From: Paramoeba atlantica
Taxonomy: Eukaryota > Protista > Discosea
Reading direction: 5' to 3'
Assembly (NCBI GenBank): GCA_977017575.1
Contig: CDRNVI010000006.1
Location: 124,001 to 188,000, forward strand
Length of the DNA stretch: 64,000 nucleotides
Part shown: piece after piece, positions 18,438-30,054 of the stretch
Numbering within the stretch: position 1 is the stretch's first letter
Layout: each line of letters opens with the position of its first letter
Made by a program: the position numbers and the translations under genes
Notes under the pieces: model-generated
Told to the model about the DNA's origin: nothing
Databases searched by the model: none
Seen by the model: only the letters and a program-made list of their open reading frames with translations

Positions 18438-19382
18438 CTAGTGGAAAGCCCGCGATGCGCCGTAACGGTTGGCGCCGCCCACCACCCCGCCGCGAAAATC
18501 CTGTTGCGGGGCGCGTTGGGTACGGAACTGCCCCCCCTGCTGTTGGGACGCTTGGGGGCAGTTCGATCGGAGGTGGCCTGGCTGATGACAGCCAAAACAG
18601 AAAGGTCCCTGGCTGCGTCGACGAGGAGACGGACGCTGCGCAGTCCGGCCCCTCAGTTGCTCGTCGACCACAAGCTGACCGTAACGGTCCTGAGGGTCGT
18701 CGTCACGGTGCAACCGCTGTTGCACACGTTCGACTGCAACACCCGCCGCAGCCCAATAATGGTTGCGATGCTCTTCGATGATGAGAAGGGCTACGGCGAG
18801 GTTGTGCTTCTCTAGCCAACCCTCTGTGTTGCGCGCAGCGTAAACCCATTCAGCCAACATTTTGAACAGGCGCTCGCGCTGCGGCGGAGGGTTGAAGCTT
18901 ACCCCAAGCTGCGGAGCTTCGCGCAGCTCACGGATGAGTTCACGTGGCTTGAACAAATCATCTGTGTCGATCCACGGTTGCCAAGTAACCGGGTCGTAGG
19001 GGGAGAAGCTTTTCGGGTCCGTAACACGGACGCGTTCAAACGCCGGAATCAAATCTTCAACTGGTTTCCCACCCGGCATCTGTGCCCGAACATGGGCAAG
19101 GTCCAAGGAGTGGTAATTGATATCGGGATGGGGAAAACGGTAGGCTGTATTCACGTCCCCATCCCATTCTGTAAACAACTCAGTTGATTCCGGGTCATTA
19201 GGATGCGTCATATGCACCCGCCCTATAGCCGTCTGCCGTAGGCCATCTCGGGGAAGAGACCATACAGCTTCGACGGTGACCTCATAGCGTTTGCGCAGAA
19301 GGTCAATCACTTTCATGACAAACTCTTCCTTGCTTTGGCTGGTCATGATTCCTCGGGCATCAAGGCGTGAACGCTGAGGCAC
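18438..19382 (-). CDS. Gag-like protein with CCHC zinc knuckle, family A
   Basis: CFGCHQPGHLRSNC; ends 3 nt before the YR ORF; a Pro/Arg-rich ORF (19343-19876) overlaps its start. Confidence 0.8.
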   Translation of the reverse strand: MPQRSRLDARGIMTSQSKEEFVMKVIDLLRKRYEVTVEAVWSLPRDGLRQTAIGRVHMTHPNDPESTELFTEWDGDVNTAYRFPHPDINYHSLDLAHVRAQMPGGKPVEDLIPAFERVRVTDPKSFSPYDPVTWQPWIDTDDLFKPRELIRELREAPQLGVSFNPPPQRERLFKMLAEWVYAARNTEGWLEKHNLAVALLIIEEHRNHYWAAAGVAVERVQQRLHRDDDPQDRYGQLVVDEQLRGRTAQRPSPRRRSQGPFCFGCHQPGHLRSNCPQASQQQGGQFRTQRAPQQDFRGGVVGGANRYGASRAFH

Positions 19383-19915
19383 CTCGACGTGGTCAATGTC
19401 GAGGGCATCGTATCGACGAGGTGAGCGGGAAGCCTCAACCTGGTCAGGGTTAAGGGTTCCCTTGCGACGTATCGGGACTTCCGGAGCATCGAGTGGAATG
19501 GGATAAGGGCTATTAAAGGAGCTTGCAGGAAGACTGGGAGATTACTCGGGAGCGGACTCGGCGGTTCGCGGGCGGGGCTCAACGCTCTACCAGACGGACG
19601 TACCTTCCGCCGCGCCGGGCCTGGGGTAGGGGGAATCTGAGTAGGTTTCGCGGTTACCTGCGGAGCTGCCTGCGTGGGGAGAGGGGGAAGAGGGGGGCGA
19701 ACGGGAGGGCACGACAGGGACTGGCGCTTAGAACGAGCAAAGGAAGAGGTCTCAATCGGTGTCGGTGCCCGGTCTCGTTTTGGGGAGCGATCACGGTCCT
19801 GGCTCGACTCCTGTGGAGCCCGCAAACGTTGGGATCTCATCGTAACACAAAAACTTAAACGTGGTAGAAGCAACAACCTAACAAGGATATATCAGAAATA
19901 GTAAAATATCCATGT

Positions 19916-20070
19916 GAGGGGCTGCGGGTACTTCGACCGAGACCGCACCGAGACCGCGGTTCGTATTTTCGGTGGGGAGAGATAGAAAAACAGCCAAAAG
20001 TTTACATTTGTTTTTATTTTTAAGTGGAATTTCGAATTCGGTGTACGCTTCTAGCTATATTTTCCTTTGT
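19916..20070 (+). mobile_element. Left end of a Harbinger-like element
   Basis: Begins GAGGGGCTGCGGGT, same as 42615; the following sequence recurs at 46712-46831. Confidence 0.65.
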
Positions 20071-20139
20071 TTCTTTGTCTGAATCATTTTCATCCTTTTT
20101 ACTAACAACAGCGCGTTTTTCTTTTCCCGTAAACTTTTC

Positions 20140-21487
20140 TCCTAAATTTTTATGACTATCGAGAGCAATGACGCATTGCAAGAGCGATTGACTGCTCTTG
20201 AGCCTGAGACAAGTGCCGAAGACAAACTCTTCGATGTCATCAAAGCTTCGACGATCCGGGTCTTTACGAAGAGACCCATACTTATGGGTCCGATGCAAAC
20301 GTAGATGATGTCCTGAAAAACTGGTTTGGCCAACTGACAGATACTCAAATTTCATGGATCCGTCTTCCAACTCGCAAAGGAGGCTTAGGCAGCACTCCCA
20401 TGGAACCGTTGAGAGGAGCCTCTTATGACGCGTCCCGCAGTGCAGCTCTGGAGCACAGAAAAGCTTTTTCAGCTCGGGCTACACAAATACGGAACGCTCC
20501 GGTTCCTCTTGGAAGAGATAATTGCGACATTAATCCACCTAATGATGAGTTCGTGACAGAAGAGAAATATCACAATGGGGTCCGTGAAGAGTTACTGAAA
20601 GATAAAAGCCTCGCTCCCATCATTATGCTTTCATCTCAAAAGGGACAATTTTCCTGGATTACCTCTAAAGTGCGTCTGGTTCCGAGTTCCAAATTCAAAT
20701 TGGCGATAATGCCACGTTTTGCGCTTAAACACCCTCGACTTCCAAATGATTTACTTTGTCCTGGTTGCAAGTGCACTTTAACATCGGCTACTGCATTGAA
20801 TCGGTTGGTTCGCGACGTGGTGGGCATGAAGCCCGTTCGTTAGATACAATTGATTCTGTGATGTTGTTGATTCGTTTATGACAGAAGATGAGAGAAAATG
20901 GGAAACTGATATTTTTGGCTGAATTGAAGGAAGTTATATTTATACTTGAGTTATTGCTTCTTCTTTTGCTATTTTGATTCACGTTTATGACAGGAAGGAT
21001 CCGTGAATTTCGCACATGGACATGCCTCACATGCAAACGAACCGTTGACCAAGACAATCATCAGTTGCACCATAAAACAGGCAGTGGCAAAAATTATCAC
21101 CGCTCAGGACCAGATATCGTCATATACTGGAATACGGGAGCTGTTTTCTACGACTTAACCGTGATTCACGAATTGGCAGCCACACATGCGAAGAGCCATC
21201 CAGGACAACTGATGAAATAAGCGATTGAACGTAAAATAGAAACGTATGTCCGATCAGGTATGATATCCGAAGCGTCGTTTCTTTGCCTACCGATGCTCTC
21301 CTCTGGGTCTCTCCACGCGAACACGTTAAACCTGATTCACGAACTTGCAGATGCGTCGCTTACGGACAGGTACAATGCCATCTTATCATTTAAACTATTG
21401 CTACAAGAGCTAAATGGGTCACAAATTTATGCTCAACTGCGAAAGTTCTTAGCAGTAGCTACGGAAGCGTCTCAAAAGGCAATTTAA
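20140..21487 (+). pseudogene. Degraded 3' half of a second CRE-clade element
   Basis: IRLPTRKGGLG (post-RT), LCPGCKC, RLE-like GPDIVIYW...YDLTVIH; several stops and frameshifts. Confidence 0.7.
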
Positions 21488-21788
21488 TACTATGAACATA
21501 CGATGAAATATTTCTTATATCAATACTACACAGATTTAGATATAAATATAAATCGCCGAAACACTTATAGTTTATAAACCCCCGCTCAAGAAAAGTGACC
21601 GCCCTCTTTTTTTTTTCGTACAAACGTCCGTTTGAGCTGACTTTTGTTGCATTTTGCAGATCTCAACACAAAGACTTTGCGCCTGAAGAAATGGGACAAA
21701 AAGAAACGAATACGCACAATTTAGAGAAGAATTACCATTTTGTCACTTTTTCGCCCTTCAATCTTATACACTCCTTAAGCCGAAAATC

Positions 21789-23032
21789 GGTTAAATTAAA
21801 GCAAAATTCGCCTTTTTTTAAAAAAAGTTTTTTTTTGCGGTTTTCAAAAATTTTGTGCAATGAAATCAACACTTTCCGCTTCTAGTTTTCTACTTAAATA
21901 CTTGGACAAGACTTATAAATGAATACAATGACAATGATCTTGTAGATTCTGTAGGATGCGCAGCATTACATCGCCGCCATTGTACCGTAGGCTGCCGTTG
22001 CATTTTTCAGCATTGGCTTGCACACGATCTGCCCGTTTATCCTTTTTCCTTCCTAATACGTTTCCTTCTCGATTAAGTCTCTTCTTCGCCACCGAATTCG
22101 CGCACTCCACAGTGTTCTTGTGGACACCCTCTTCTGTTATCCATTCTCGGCGGTGGTTCACGCTATTCCACTTATAGCGTCCACCAAGGCGGATATTGTG
22201 ACGCGCCCCGTCGGTCTAAATTCGTGTCCTCCCCCCGCTCGCCAGATCTTCAATTCGAGGAAGTAACGTGCTCGCCTTACGATCAGGTACAACTTCCATG
22301 AACATTTCAGATAATTTGTTCGCTCGAGTAGTCACAGCAATTGTCTGTGCAACTTCTGTACCATCATCTCGCACCCGTCTTGCACCATGAGAACCTCGGT
22401 GACGTTTCCGTACAGAAAAATATGTCTCATCGCATTGCATTGAACCAACGCTGCCGCGATTCCTGATACGTCGGCGAACATGAGCTGTGGCCATCATGCC
22501 ATCCATCCATTGCCTTAGAGACACAATGGTCTGCTGACTAAGTTCTGTCTCCGCTGCCGAATCCGCATGTCGTCCACCACGAGCGTACAAAATTATGTAC
22601 TTTAATGTTTGCTTTGCACTTCTTTGTGCCCTTCCAGGTACGAGAGGTCCTAAGGTGGCGTACATTCCTTTGCATTTTTTAGTACACCTCCATTTCCCGT
22701 CAGTGACGTGCATAGTATAGGGCGCCTTGTGTAGTCTTTTATAACATACAACCTTCTGAGCCACCAACTTATGGGTTCTTAACCACTCCCTGCATTTCGA
22801 TTCGCTCCACACAGAAACTTTGCTCAAAGTGAGATTTCCTCGGCAAGCGAAACCGTTGCATCCTTTACAGGGCATGTGTTGGAGTTGAGGAGTCTGAATC
22901 TAAAAAATGAATCTGAAAAATAAAGGAAAAAGTGGAAATACGTGATACGATACAAAAAAAGATACAATTATTTTTAGTGGGGACGACTTTCCTTTTTTTT
23001 TCAAAAAAGGCGAATTTTGCTTTAATTTCACC
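21789..23032 (-). mobile_element. Merlin (IS1595/ISXO2-like) DNA transposon
   Basis: ~29-bp TIRs GGT(T/G)AAATTAAAGCAAAATTCGCCTTTTTT; 8-bp TSD CGAAAATC at 21781-21788 and 23033-23040. Confidence 0.93.
21913..22875 (-). pseudogene. Merlin transposase with one in-frame TAG
   Basis: QCDETYF, RI*TDG, GVHKNTVE; track ORFs 22216-22875 and 21913-22161 are in the same frame. Confidence 0.85.
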
Positions 23033-24789
23033 CGAAAATCAAAACTTAATACTGTTTTGTCGATCACTTTTTGAGTTAAAGAAGACCATGCTTTACGTAC
23101 ACATCGGATAAGTGAAGGTTTGTCCGGTGGCGTTTGTTCGTCTACCGCCTCTTGGACCATAGACCAGACGTTTTCTATGGGGGAAAGGTCGGGCGAGTTG
23201 GGAGGCCAGTTTCTTAGAACATCACTCATTCGATTCTCAATATACTCTTTGGAGGCACGGGCAGTGTGTGCCGTTGCCCCATCCTGTTGAAATACACTAT
23301 TAGGGGGGAAATCTACCTGTTTTAATGTTTCTATGTACGTCTCACTTGTAATAGATGTGTCATTTCGTAGAGTAACCAAATACCTCCACCCCACTCCTAC
23401 AGCACCCCAAACTTGGCATCTTGGTGCCCAACGTACTTTTTGACGCGGGGCCGCTTTTTGACCGCGCTTTACGCACATGTGTCTTCTGCTATCGTTGGTA
23501 TCAAATATCTTTTCGTCCGTAAAAATAACACGGGCAGTATCCAATTTGTAATTCAAAGCAAATTGAACTCTTTTTTGCTTTTGTCGTTCGGTAAGCCCTT
23601 GGCATACTGGCCGAGCGGCATAATTGTAATCCAGCGATGCTAGATCTCACTTTACAGTGCTTTGCGAAACTTGTATACCTTTTTTACACAGTTGGCCTTT
23701 TATACGCCTTGAAGAATTGAATTTTGGTACCCCAGCGGGGTCGAAAGGAGCCAATATCTTTTCAATTTTCTTTTTGCGAGATTCGATTTTTTTAATGGTC
23801 ACAGGACTCAAAGTGTATTCCCCGCTACATTTTTTTTCGTTCAGATATTTTTTGACTATCCTTCTAGAGACGTTAAAATCACGGGATAATTGTTTTATCG
23901 GAACACCTTCTCCCTGTCTCATGTTCAAAAGAACCTTACCACTATCCGTAAACCCCCCTTTTAGGAGCCGATATCGTGATTTTGTCATTTTTGGAAAAAA
24001 AAGTTGAAAAACCAATTATTTTTTTTGACTAAATTTTAAAATTTTAAAATGAGCTAAAAACAGCGGGAACGTACAGATCTCGAAATTTTGAACGAAAAAG
24101 TGGTATGATAACCCACCTACGCCCCCCTATGCTAAAAATAAGGGGGGGTCACTTATTCGTGAGCGGGGGTTTATTTATAAAGAATTATGAAAGGGGAAGT
24201 ATCGTTTCGGGGTGTCAGCTTGCTCCTGTTGGGTAGCAAGGTCTCTTCCAGAGCAAACCGGGCACGACAGTTTCCTTTAGGACACACCCACTGTCCGTTC
24301 TTAAAAGATACATTGCAAGGGCTCATGCCAGCGCTCGCAATTCACCTTTTGCACGGTGAGCTTATGAGACTTTAACCACACGAGAGTATTTGTATCATTC
24401 CAAGCACCCACGTATGTTAAAACCAATTGCTCTGCGCATCTCATCTCATGGCGTCCAGAGCAGATCATTGAAATAGTACAAGAAAAGCGAGAAAAATATG
24501 ATTCTAGTGAATAGTACTAAAATAGCACTTCATAAATATACAAAATATCACTTCATAAGATGCTTTTCTGTACTTTGTTTGCTCATAAAAAACAGCTATT
24601 ACCTTTTCTTTAAAAAGTGTGCAATCTTCCTTGAATTCCACCGTTCCAACTCATTTACTTTTTGTGTGACTGTATCAATAGTCATCTGCATTTTATCTAA
24701 TTTTTCGCCAATAAGGTTCGTGAGATTAATCTGTTCATTTGACAGTTGCGGTATCGAAGAAGTTACATGGTTCTCTGCGCCGGTATTCG

Positions 24790-24975
24790 CTGCGTAAGGC
24801 GTGCTATATATCGACGAAGCTAGGATACGGCCGAAGCCTTCAGGCCCTCCTAGCCATGCAGGACATGAACGTGACTCCTCTGAAGCTCTGCGCGAAAGCC
24901 CTGAAGGGTCAAGGAGCGGGCGAACCGGTTCGGCAAATGGAGCCGCTCACGCCACGCCTGCTACACCGCCTGTGT
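24790..24975 (+). pseudogene. Diverged fragment of a family A-like tyrosine recombinase
   Basis: STKLGYGRSLQALLAMQDMNVTPLKLCAKALKGQGAGEPVRQMEPLTPRLL aligns by eye with STRMGYAGALRTLFELMGIEGTPLSLYVKALQAQEGLEPTRQMLPITPLLL. Confidence 0.75.
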
Positions 24976-25749
24976 ACCCTGTCTTTTATTTATTTCGATG
25001 TTATTTTATTTCGATGATGCCCCTCAGCGTGGATTTCGTTCCACCGCCGCCCCCTCGCACCCCCCCTCCTGCGCCGCCATGCTCGCCCCTGCTCGCCAAT
25101 TGCCCCCCCTCTTCCACCCCTCCTGCGCCGCCGTGCTCCCTACCCTGCTCCCTCGCGCCCTGCTCCCCGCCCTGCTCCCCGCCCTGCTCCCCGCCCTGCT
25201 CCCCGCCCTACTCCCCGCCCTGCTCCCCGCCGCTCCCCCCGCCGCTCCCCCCGCCGCTCCCCCCGCCGCTCTCCCCGCCCTGCTCCCCGCCGCGCTCCCT
25301 GCCACACTCCCCGCCGCGATCCTGTCCGCTCTCCTCTCCGCTCCCCGCTTCCTCGCTCCGCCCCTACCGTTACTATTCTCGCCGCCCTCTTTACCACCCT
25401 ATTCAGCGCCCTCCTCGCCGCCTTCACCCCCATTGCCTCCCAGCGCCGCCCTCACCCACACGCCGCCCACCCCCTCACGCTGCATCTCGAAGAATGGCGT
25501 CGCCCGGTACCGAACATAACAAGGTACAAAAAAACTAGGGTGTGCGTCTTTTACGCTAAACTTTGGAGCGATCTCTCTTTTTCCTTTGGTGCGGCTTGCA
25601 ACTAGCCCATGATAACGGGAGTAGGGTCAGAATTCGGAGAGATACGAGCTCGTTGAAGCTGAGGGTTAGCCCTTTGAAGATGAAGAACCAAGTCCGCTCG
25701 CGGGTACAGCACCCTAGAAGACTTGGTCCGTTGAAGCTGAGGAGTCTAA

Positions 25750-27166
25750 GAGGGCTGAAACCAGTAAAATGCAAACCCAGGCAAACCCAGTCAGGTCCCA
25801 AGAGAAACCAATGGCAAAGGTACTTGGCGTTTTTTCGGCTATTGAGTTCCCTGGAGGATCCGGGTGGGGGTTCCCGGGGGTGGAAGGCGGGTCCAGGTGG
25901 GGGGTGCAGGGAAACTAGTTCGAGGTCCATGTTAATCGTACGAAATTATCATTACTTTCAGTGTTCGTTCATGCACTTATAGTGCAGAGATTATGCTCAC
26001 AAAGTCCGTGCCCGCATACGACGGGTGGATCAAGTGAGGGTTCGCCGGAGGTGTGCGGGTGCAGAGAGCTCGGTTGTCATGTGCAGGTGCAGAGAGCCGG
26101 ATGCGTAATCCCCATATTACAGTTTCGGGGGCAATCCGGGTGCAGAGAGCTGCGACAGAGCCGAGGTGCAGAGAGCTGGGCGACCCCCAGGTGCGGAGAG
26201 CCGGGAGTCTCGTCGGCGGAGGACACGCCTAGTGGTCCTCAAGGGAGGCCACCGTGACGCATGGCCTCTTCGGAAAGGTAACTGCGAGAGAAGGGGAAGC
26301 CGAGAGAGGGAAGCACACTCACTCCAGGGGAGTGAGTCGGGAAGGGATGAAGGGGTGGAAGCGCGTCCCCTGCTTCAACAATAGAGAGGGACAGTTTCGG
26401 CCTTAGTACCGACCGGCAACGGGCATGAAAATACAGTAAGAGTATGCCCGTTGCCGGGGAAAGAAAGGATGAACTAAGGAAAAAGTACAACAAGGTACAG
26501 AAATAGATATAGATGTCATAGGTATAGATGTCATAGTCATACATGACTACTACATGTGACTGCTTCATTAACCTTGCTTAAATTCCGAAAGAGCTTGACG
26601 ATTAAGTCGTTTGCTTTGTTTCCTTCGTTCCTGCTGATCAATTCTTTTCTGATTTCTTATTTCAGAATCTCTGTCCTTTATCTCGCTCTTTGTCAAATCA
26701 GGCGAAGCCTGTCTGTCACCCACTTGAAGCATAGAGAGACAATGTTGTCTTCCATGCGATACATGAGTTCTGGGGGTGGCAAGCGCTCTGGAGCGTACTT
26801 CATGGCGTCTCTTTCCGCCTTGATCATGCGGAGCCATTGCATCGTGCTTTCCGTCCGGACAAGAGGGATGCGAAACGTTTCTCGCAACGTAAACACCACC
26901 CATTTTCTGAGGGAGACATATTTCTCGGAATCCGGAGAGGAAAACTCATGTACGACAAACTCATCGTCGTCAGGCGGAAGATCATAGTGTAGCATTCTAT
27001 TGTGGTATGTTCAGGATAAATACAAAATCTAAGAAAAATAAGTTACTTATTGTGCGAAAAAAGCATTAAAGAATACACTGTGCTTTTCGTCAAGGAAGAA
27101 ACTGAGTTGCCTAATACAATATAGAAAATTAGCAAACCCAGGCAAACCCAGGTGGTTTCAGCCCTC
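25750..27166. mobile_element. Non-autonomous PIF/Harbinger-like element
   Basis: 14-bp TIR GAGGGCTGAAACCA; TAA TSD at 25747-25749 and 27167-27169; empty site visible in copy B; GCAAACCCAGGCAAACCCAG near both ends. Confidence 0.9.
26040..26503 (-). mobile_element. SL-headed hairpin element, copy 1
   Basis: SL relic TTTCTGTACCTTGTTG (26488-26503), pyrimidine tract, 14-bp hairpin 26413-26457; five CTCT(CT)GCACC-type repeats further 3'. 3' boundary approximate. Confidence 0.65.
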
Positions 27167-27169
27167 TAA

Positions 27170-27505
27170 ACCATTGAAGTTGAGACTCGAGACTCCCGAA
27201 CTATGCCAGCAAGCCGTTCGATTTCTCCTTCGGGAGACGTGGAGCGTTCGGAATGAACCAGGGATAGCACCCAGTTCGCCGAATAGCGAGGGCATACAAC
27301 TCTCCACGTGTCCGGGGGAGGCGACACTAGGACCTGCGGAACACTCGTACGTAATCGTATGATTACAATGCGAAGTCCTTGCCCGAAAGGGTTAGGATTG
27401 TTCAGCGGCCGAGGTGGGCGAAAACCCACCTTTGAGTGGCGACCTCCCCCCAAGCTACCTCGGCTTACTCCGGGGAGGCAACACCCCTTTACGGGATAAA
27501 AAGGC
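27170..27505 (+). ncRNA. Candidate structured RNA domain (copy A)
   Basis: Many short complementary blocks, UUCG and GNRA loops; second copy on the minus strand at ~37555-37890. Confidence 0.55.
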
Positions 27506-27642
27506 CTACAACTATCAACAACTATCATATATCGGAACATCGAGGACCTCATCTTGTTCGAGGCTTGATTCTTGATTTAACTCGGAGATTTGAGCTCTTG
27601 TTTTCACCATTTCTTATTATAAAATTGAATTAATTTATAATT

Positions 27643-27654
27643 CAACAAGGTACA
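27643..27654 (-). other. SL 3'-end relic ahead of a 31-codon ORF
   Basis: TGTACCTTGTTG|AATT..., 32-nt leader, then MVKTRAQISELNQESS...* (27515-27610). Confidence 0.55.
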
Positions 27655-29288
27655 TTTTTTAAGAGAATTATAAAATATCGTAGGAAGAATAAGCTTTCGA
27701 TACCCGAGATAAAGTTTGCGTTCAATAATACAATGTTCGTGAATAACTTTCATTGTAGATAAAAAGGGGATAATTACAATTCCTAGAGTTTTAATCTGTA
27801 GAATCACAACTTTCGCGCTAGGTTAAACTAAATCAAACTATATGTAATTTTGAACGGTAGTATCATAAATCATGTCATGTATATTTTTCTGTACGTACCC
27901 AGAGAAACAACCATTGAATTTATTACTATAACATATGCTAATAATATTTTTATTATTGCCACCATACTAACGAACGGGAAAACCTTTTACAGCCTCCCCG
28001 GGTGGGCGGGTGGGAAAAACTTTTTACTATGGAAATAGTGGATTAACGTCCTAGATAATAAAATATATAAACCACCGTCCGGGTTATTATACCTAGGAGG
28101 TATAATAAGTGTCCCTAGGTATAATAAGTGTCCCTAGATATAATAACTTTGCTTAAGGGGTAGAAAAAATTCGCGCCGCTTCGCACCGCATTCCTTTTTG
28201 TATTGCCCACAACATGTTATGATCAATTTGCAAGTTTCCCTATTGCGCCTGGGGAAACGTGAGCGAGTGTGGGGGGAGTTTATTTTCCGGGGCTTTCAGG
28301 GGTAAAAGAACATGAAATGCCATGAATACATATAAATATTTATTTGAATACATACAAATATATTTATATGTATAAATACATATTAACTATTTTCGTGGTT
28401 ACTATACCCCAACTGGTCAAAACTCTTGACAATGTCAATCTGATTTCTTGGTAAGTTTTCCTCATCAAACGCAACATTTACGCGCAGTGAGGGGAAAGAT
28501 TGTGTTGCTTCGTCGTCGACAACAAAGAGCACGCACCAGCATGCTTTTACGTGTCCAGGCGAAGAATTAACCCTTTCGGTATGTTAGAGTTTAATTAACC
28601 CTTTCGGGGTGTTAATTTCCTTTAACTTAGAAGTCACTCATGCTGCGCGCTTCGCGTTGAAAACTACCACCGCGTTTAACGAAGAGCCTAAAAAAGAAAA
28701 TTGGCCAGGGACGCTGAAGCAAACGGAGGGATTTGAGCCAACAATACCCGATTTTCAGGTAAAAATAGGGTGATTTTTGGGTATTTTTGCTCTCAGAGCA
28801 CTAAATTCGACTTTTACGCGCGGGAAATCACTCATAGACATGCATTCGAGGCTGCAGAAGGTATTGGGTATAGAATGCGACTCCAACTACACCATTCTTC
28901 CGACCCAAAAAGACACCTTTGGGTCCGAAAATTACTTTTTCGCACTTTTTGGTCAAAAATCGGTGATTTTGGGAGGCGTACCACGGCTTCAAGAAGCGAC
29001 ACCTCGCGAAAACAATGGCGTGGAAAGCTAGAATAGGTCCCAAACTATCAAAATACAATAGGGGAAACAATTTTGTAAAAATACTTTTTTTTACCATTTT
29101 TTTCGTCAAGTTGAAATTTTTTTCAAAAAAAAATCCGAAAAAATCCGAATTTGACGGACCCGTCCTGCGCATACGAGGGGGGATCACCCCCGGGTAGGGG
29201 GGTGGAAAATGCGCGCCAAGACCCCGTCTACCCCTTCTGCGCTTTTATTTCGAAAAAAATTTTTTTCAAAAAAATTTCGTGCGGTATG

Positions 29289-29351
29289 CCCCCTGGACCC
29301 CCCCCCTGGACACCCCCTGGACCCCCCCCCTGGACCCCCCCTGGACCCCCC
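29289..29351. repeat. (C5-9 TGGA)n tandem repeat, G-quadruplex potential on the minus strand
   Basis: Five C-tract units separated by TGGA; related run at 36327-36366. Confidence 0.85.
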
Positions 29352-29389
29352 AAGGGTCCGATTTCGCCGCCCGATTTCCTGTAGTCGCG

Positions 29390-29880
29390 ACCCCCCTCCA
29401 CCACCCTGCGCCTCCAACGTTACTGTCCTCTTTGCCGCCCTCCTTGGTCGACTTCTTCGCCCTCCCTCCTCGCTTCATCCACCTCGCCGCCTCCAGTGCC
29501 AGCCCTCCACGCTGGCCTCCGCACCGCCCTCCTCGCCACCCTCCTCACCGCCCTCCTCGCCGCCCCCTTCAGCTCCCCGTCACCCCCTTTTTCACTCCCA
29601 CCTCATCGATACACCCTTTGCCGTCCCCTCCACTCCCAGCACCGCCTTCGCCCCCCTTTGACCCTCCTGCGCCACTCCTCACCGCCGCCTCACCCCCCTC
29701 TTGACCACCCTCGCCTCCCCCCCTGCGCCGCCCTTCTCGCCACCTCCGCACCGCCGGTTCGCCCCCCCTCTTGGTCTCCCTTTTCGCCCCGGTGCGCCGC
29801 CCTCGCCAACACCCCATCGCCACGCGCTTTGCATGGGTCGCCCGGTGTCAAGATAACAAGACACTAAACAACTAGGGCAT
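29390..29880 (+). mobile_element. C-rich retroposon family, diverged copy C
   Basis: C-rich tract ending GTCGCCCGGT...ATAACAAG...AACTAGGG, as in copy A at 25499-25540. Confidence 0.6.
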
Positions 29881-30054
29881 GACACCTCATTCTCCCGGAG
29901 GAAGCAAGTCGGGTGTCTACACGCTGCGGCTGAGCCTAGGCTCTCGCGCTGTATATTTACTCCCCGCGTGGAGCACCCGCACCGCTACCTACGCGGAAAG
30001 TGAGGAGACCATATCTCCTCGGAGACAAACGGCCCGGACCCAACAACAACACAA

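Larger units (their letters stand above)
21577..24171 (-). mobile_element. Tc1/IS630-type DNA transposon (DD35E) interrupted by Merlin
   Basis: TIRs AACCCCCGCTCA.GAA.AAGTGACC, TA on both flanks. Transposase pieces 23647-24015 and 22900-23556 (FTDEK, QQDGA, WPPNSPDLSPIENVW); C-terminus resumes left of 21789. Confidence 0.92.
25015..27530 (+). mobile_element. C-rich/structured-tail retroposon family, copy A (interrupted by a TIR element)
   Basis: 25490-25749 plus 27167-27505 is the reverse complement of ~37555-38160. Confidence 0.8.

Noticed and set aside
19878-19902. Degenerate SL relic at the 5' end of family A (AACAAGGATATATCAGAAATAG)
   Set aside because: Needs several indels to align; position is suggestive but chance cannot be excluded.
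2050-22875. Stop-codon reassignment (in-frame TGA at 3109, TAG at 22216)
   Set aside because: Conserved host genes end normally with TGA, TAA and TAG; both stops are explained by single transitions in decaying elements.
26385-26410. Hammerhead ribozyme (minus-strand GGCCGAAACTGTC)
   Set aside because: No CUGANGA core, and the second copy lacks GAAAC.
27370-27470. RNase P/MRP or group I intron (AAGTCC...CGGCTTA; CTGCGGAAC)
   Set aside because: Only ~5 bp of P4-like pairing, spacing too short, no P7-type motifs; an Rfam search would settle it.
28565-28615. piggyBac ends (TTAACCCT twice; similar at ~32165)
   Set aside because: No matching opposite terminus or transposase found.
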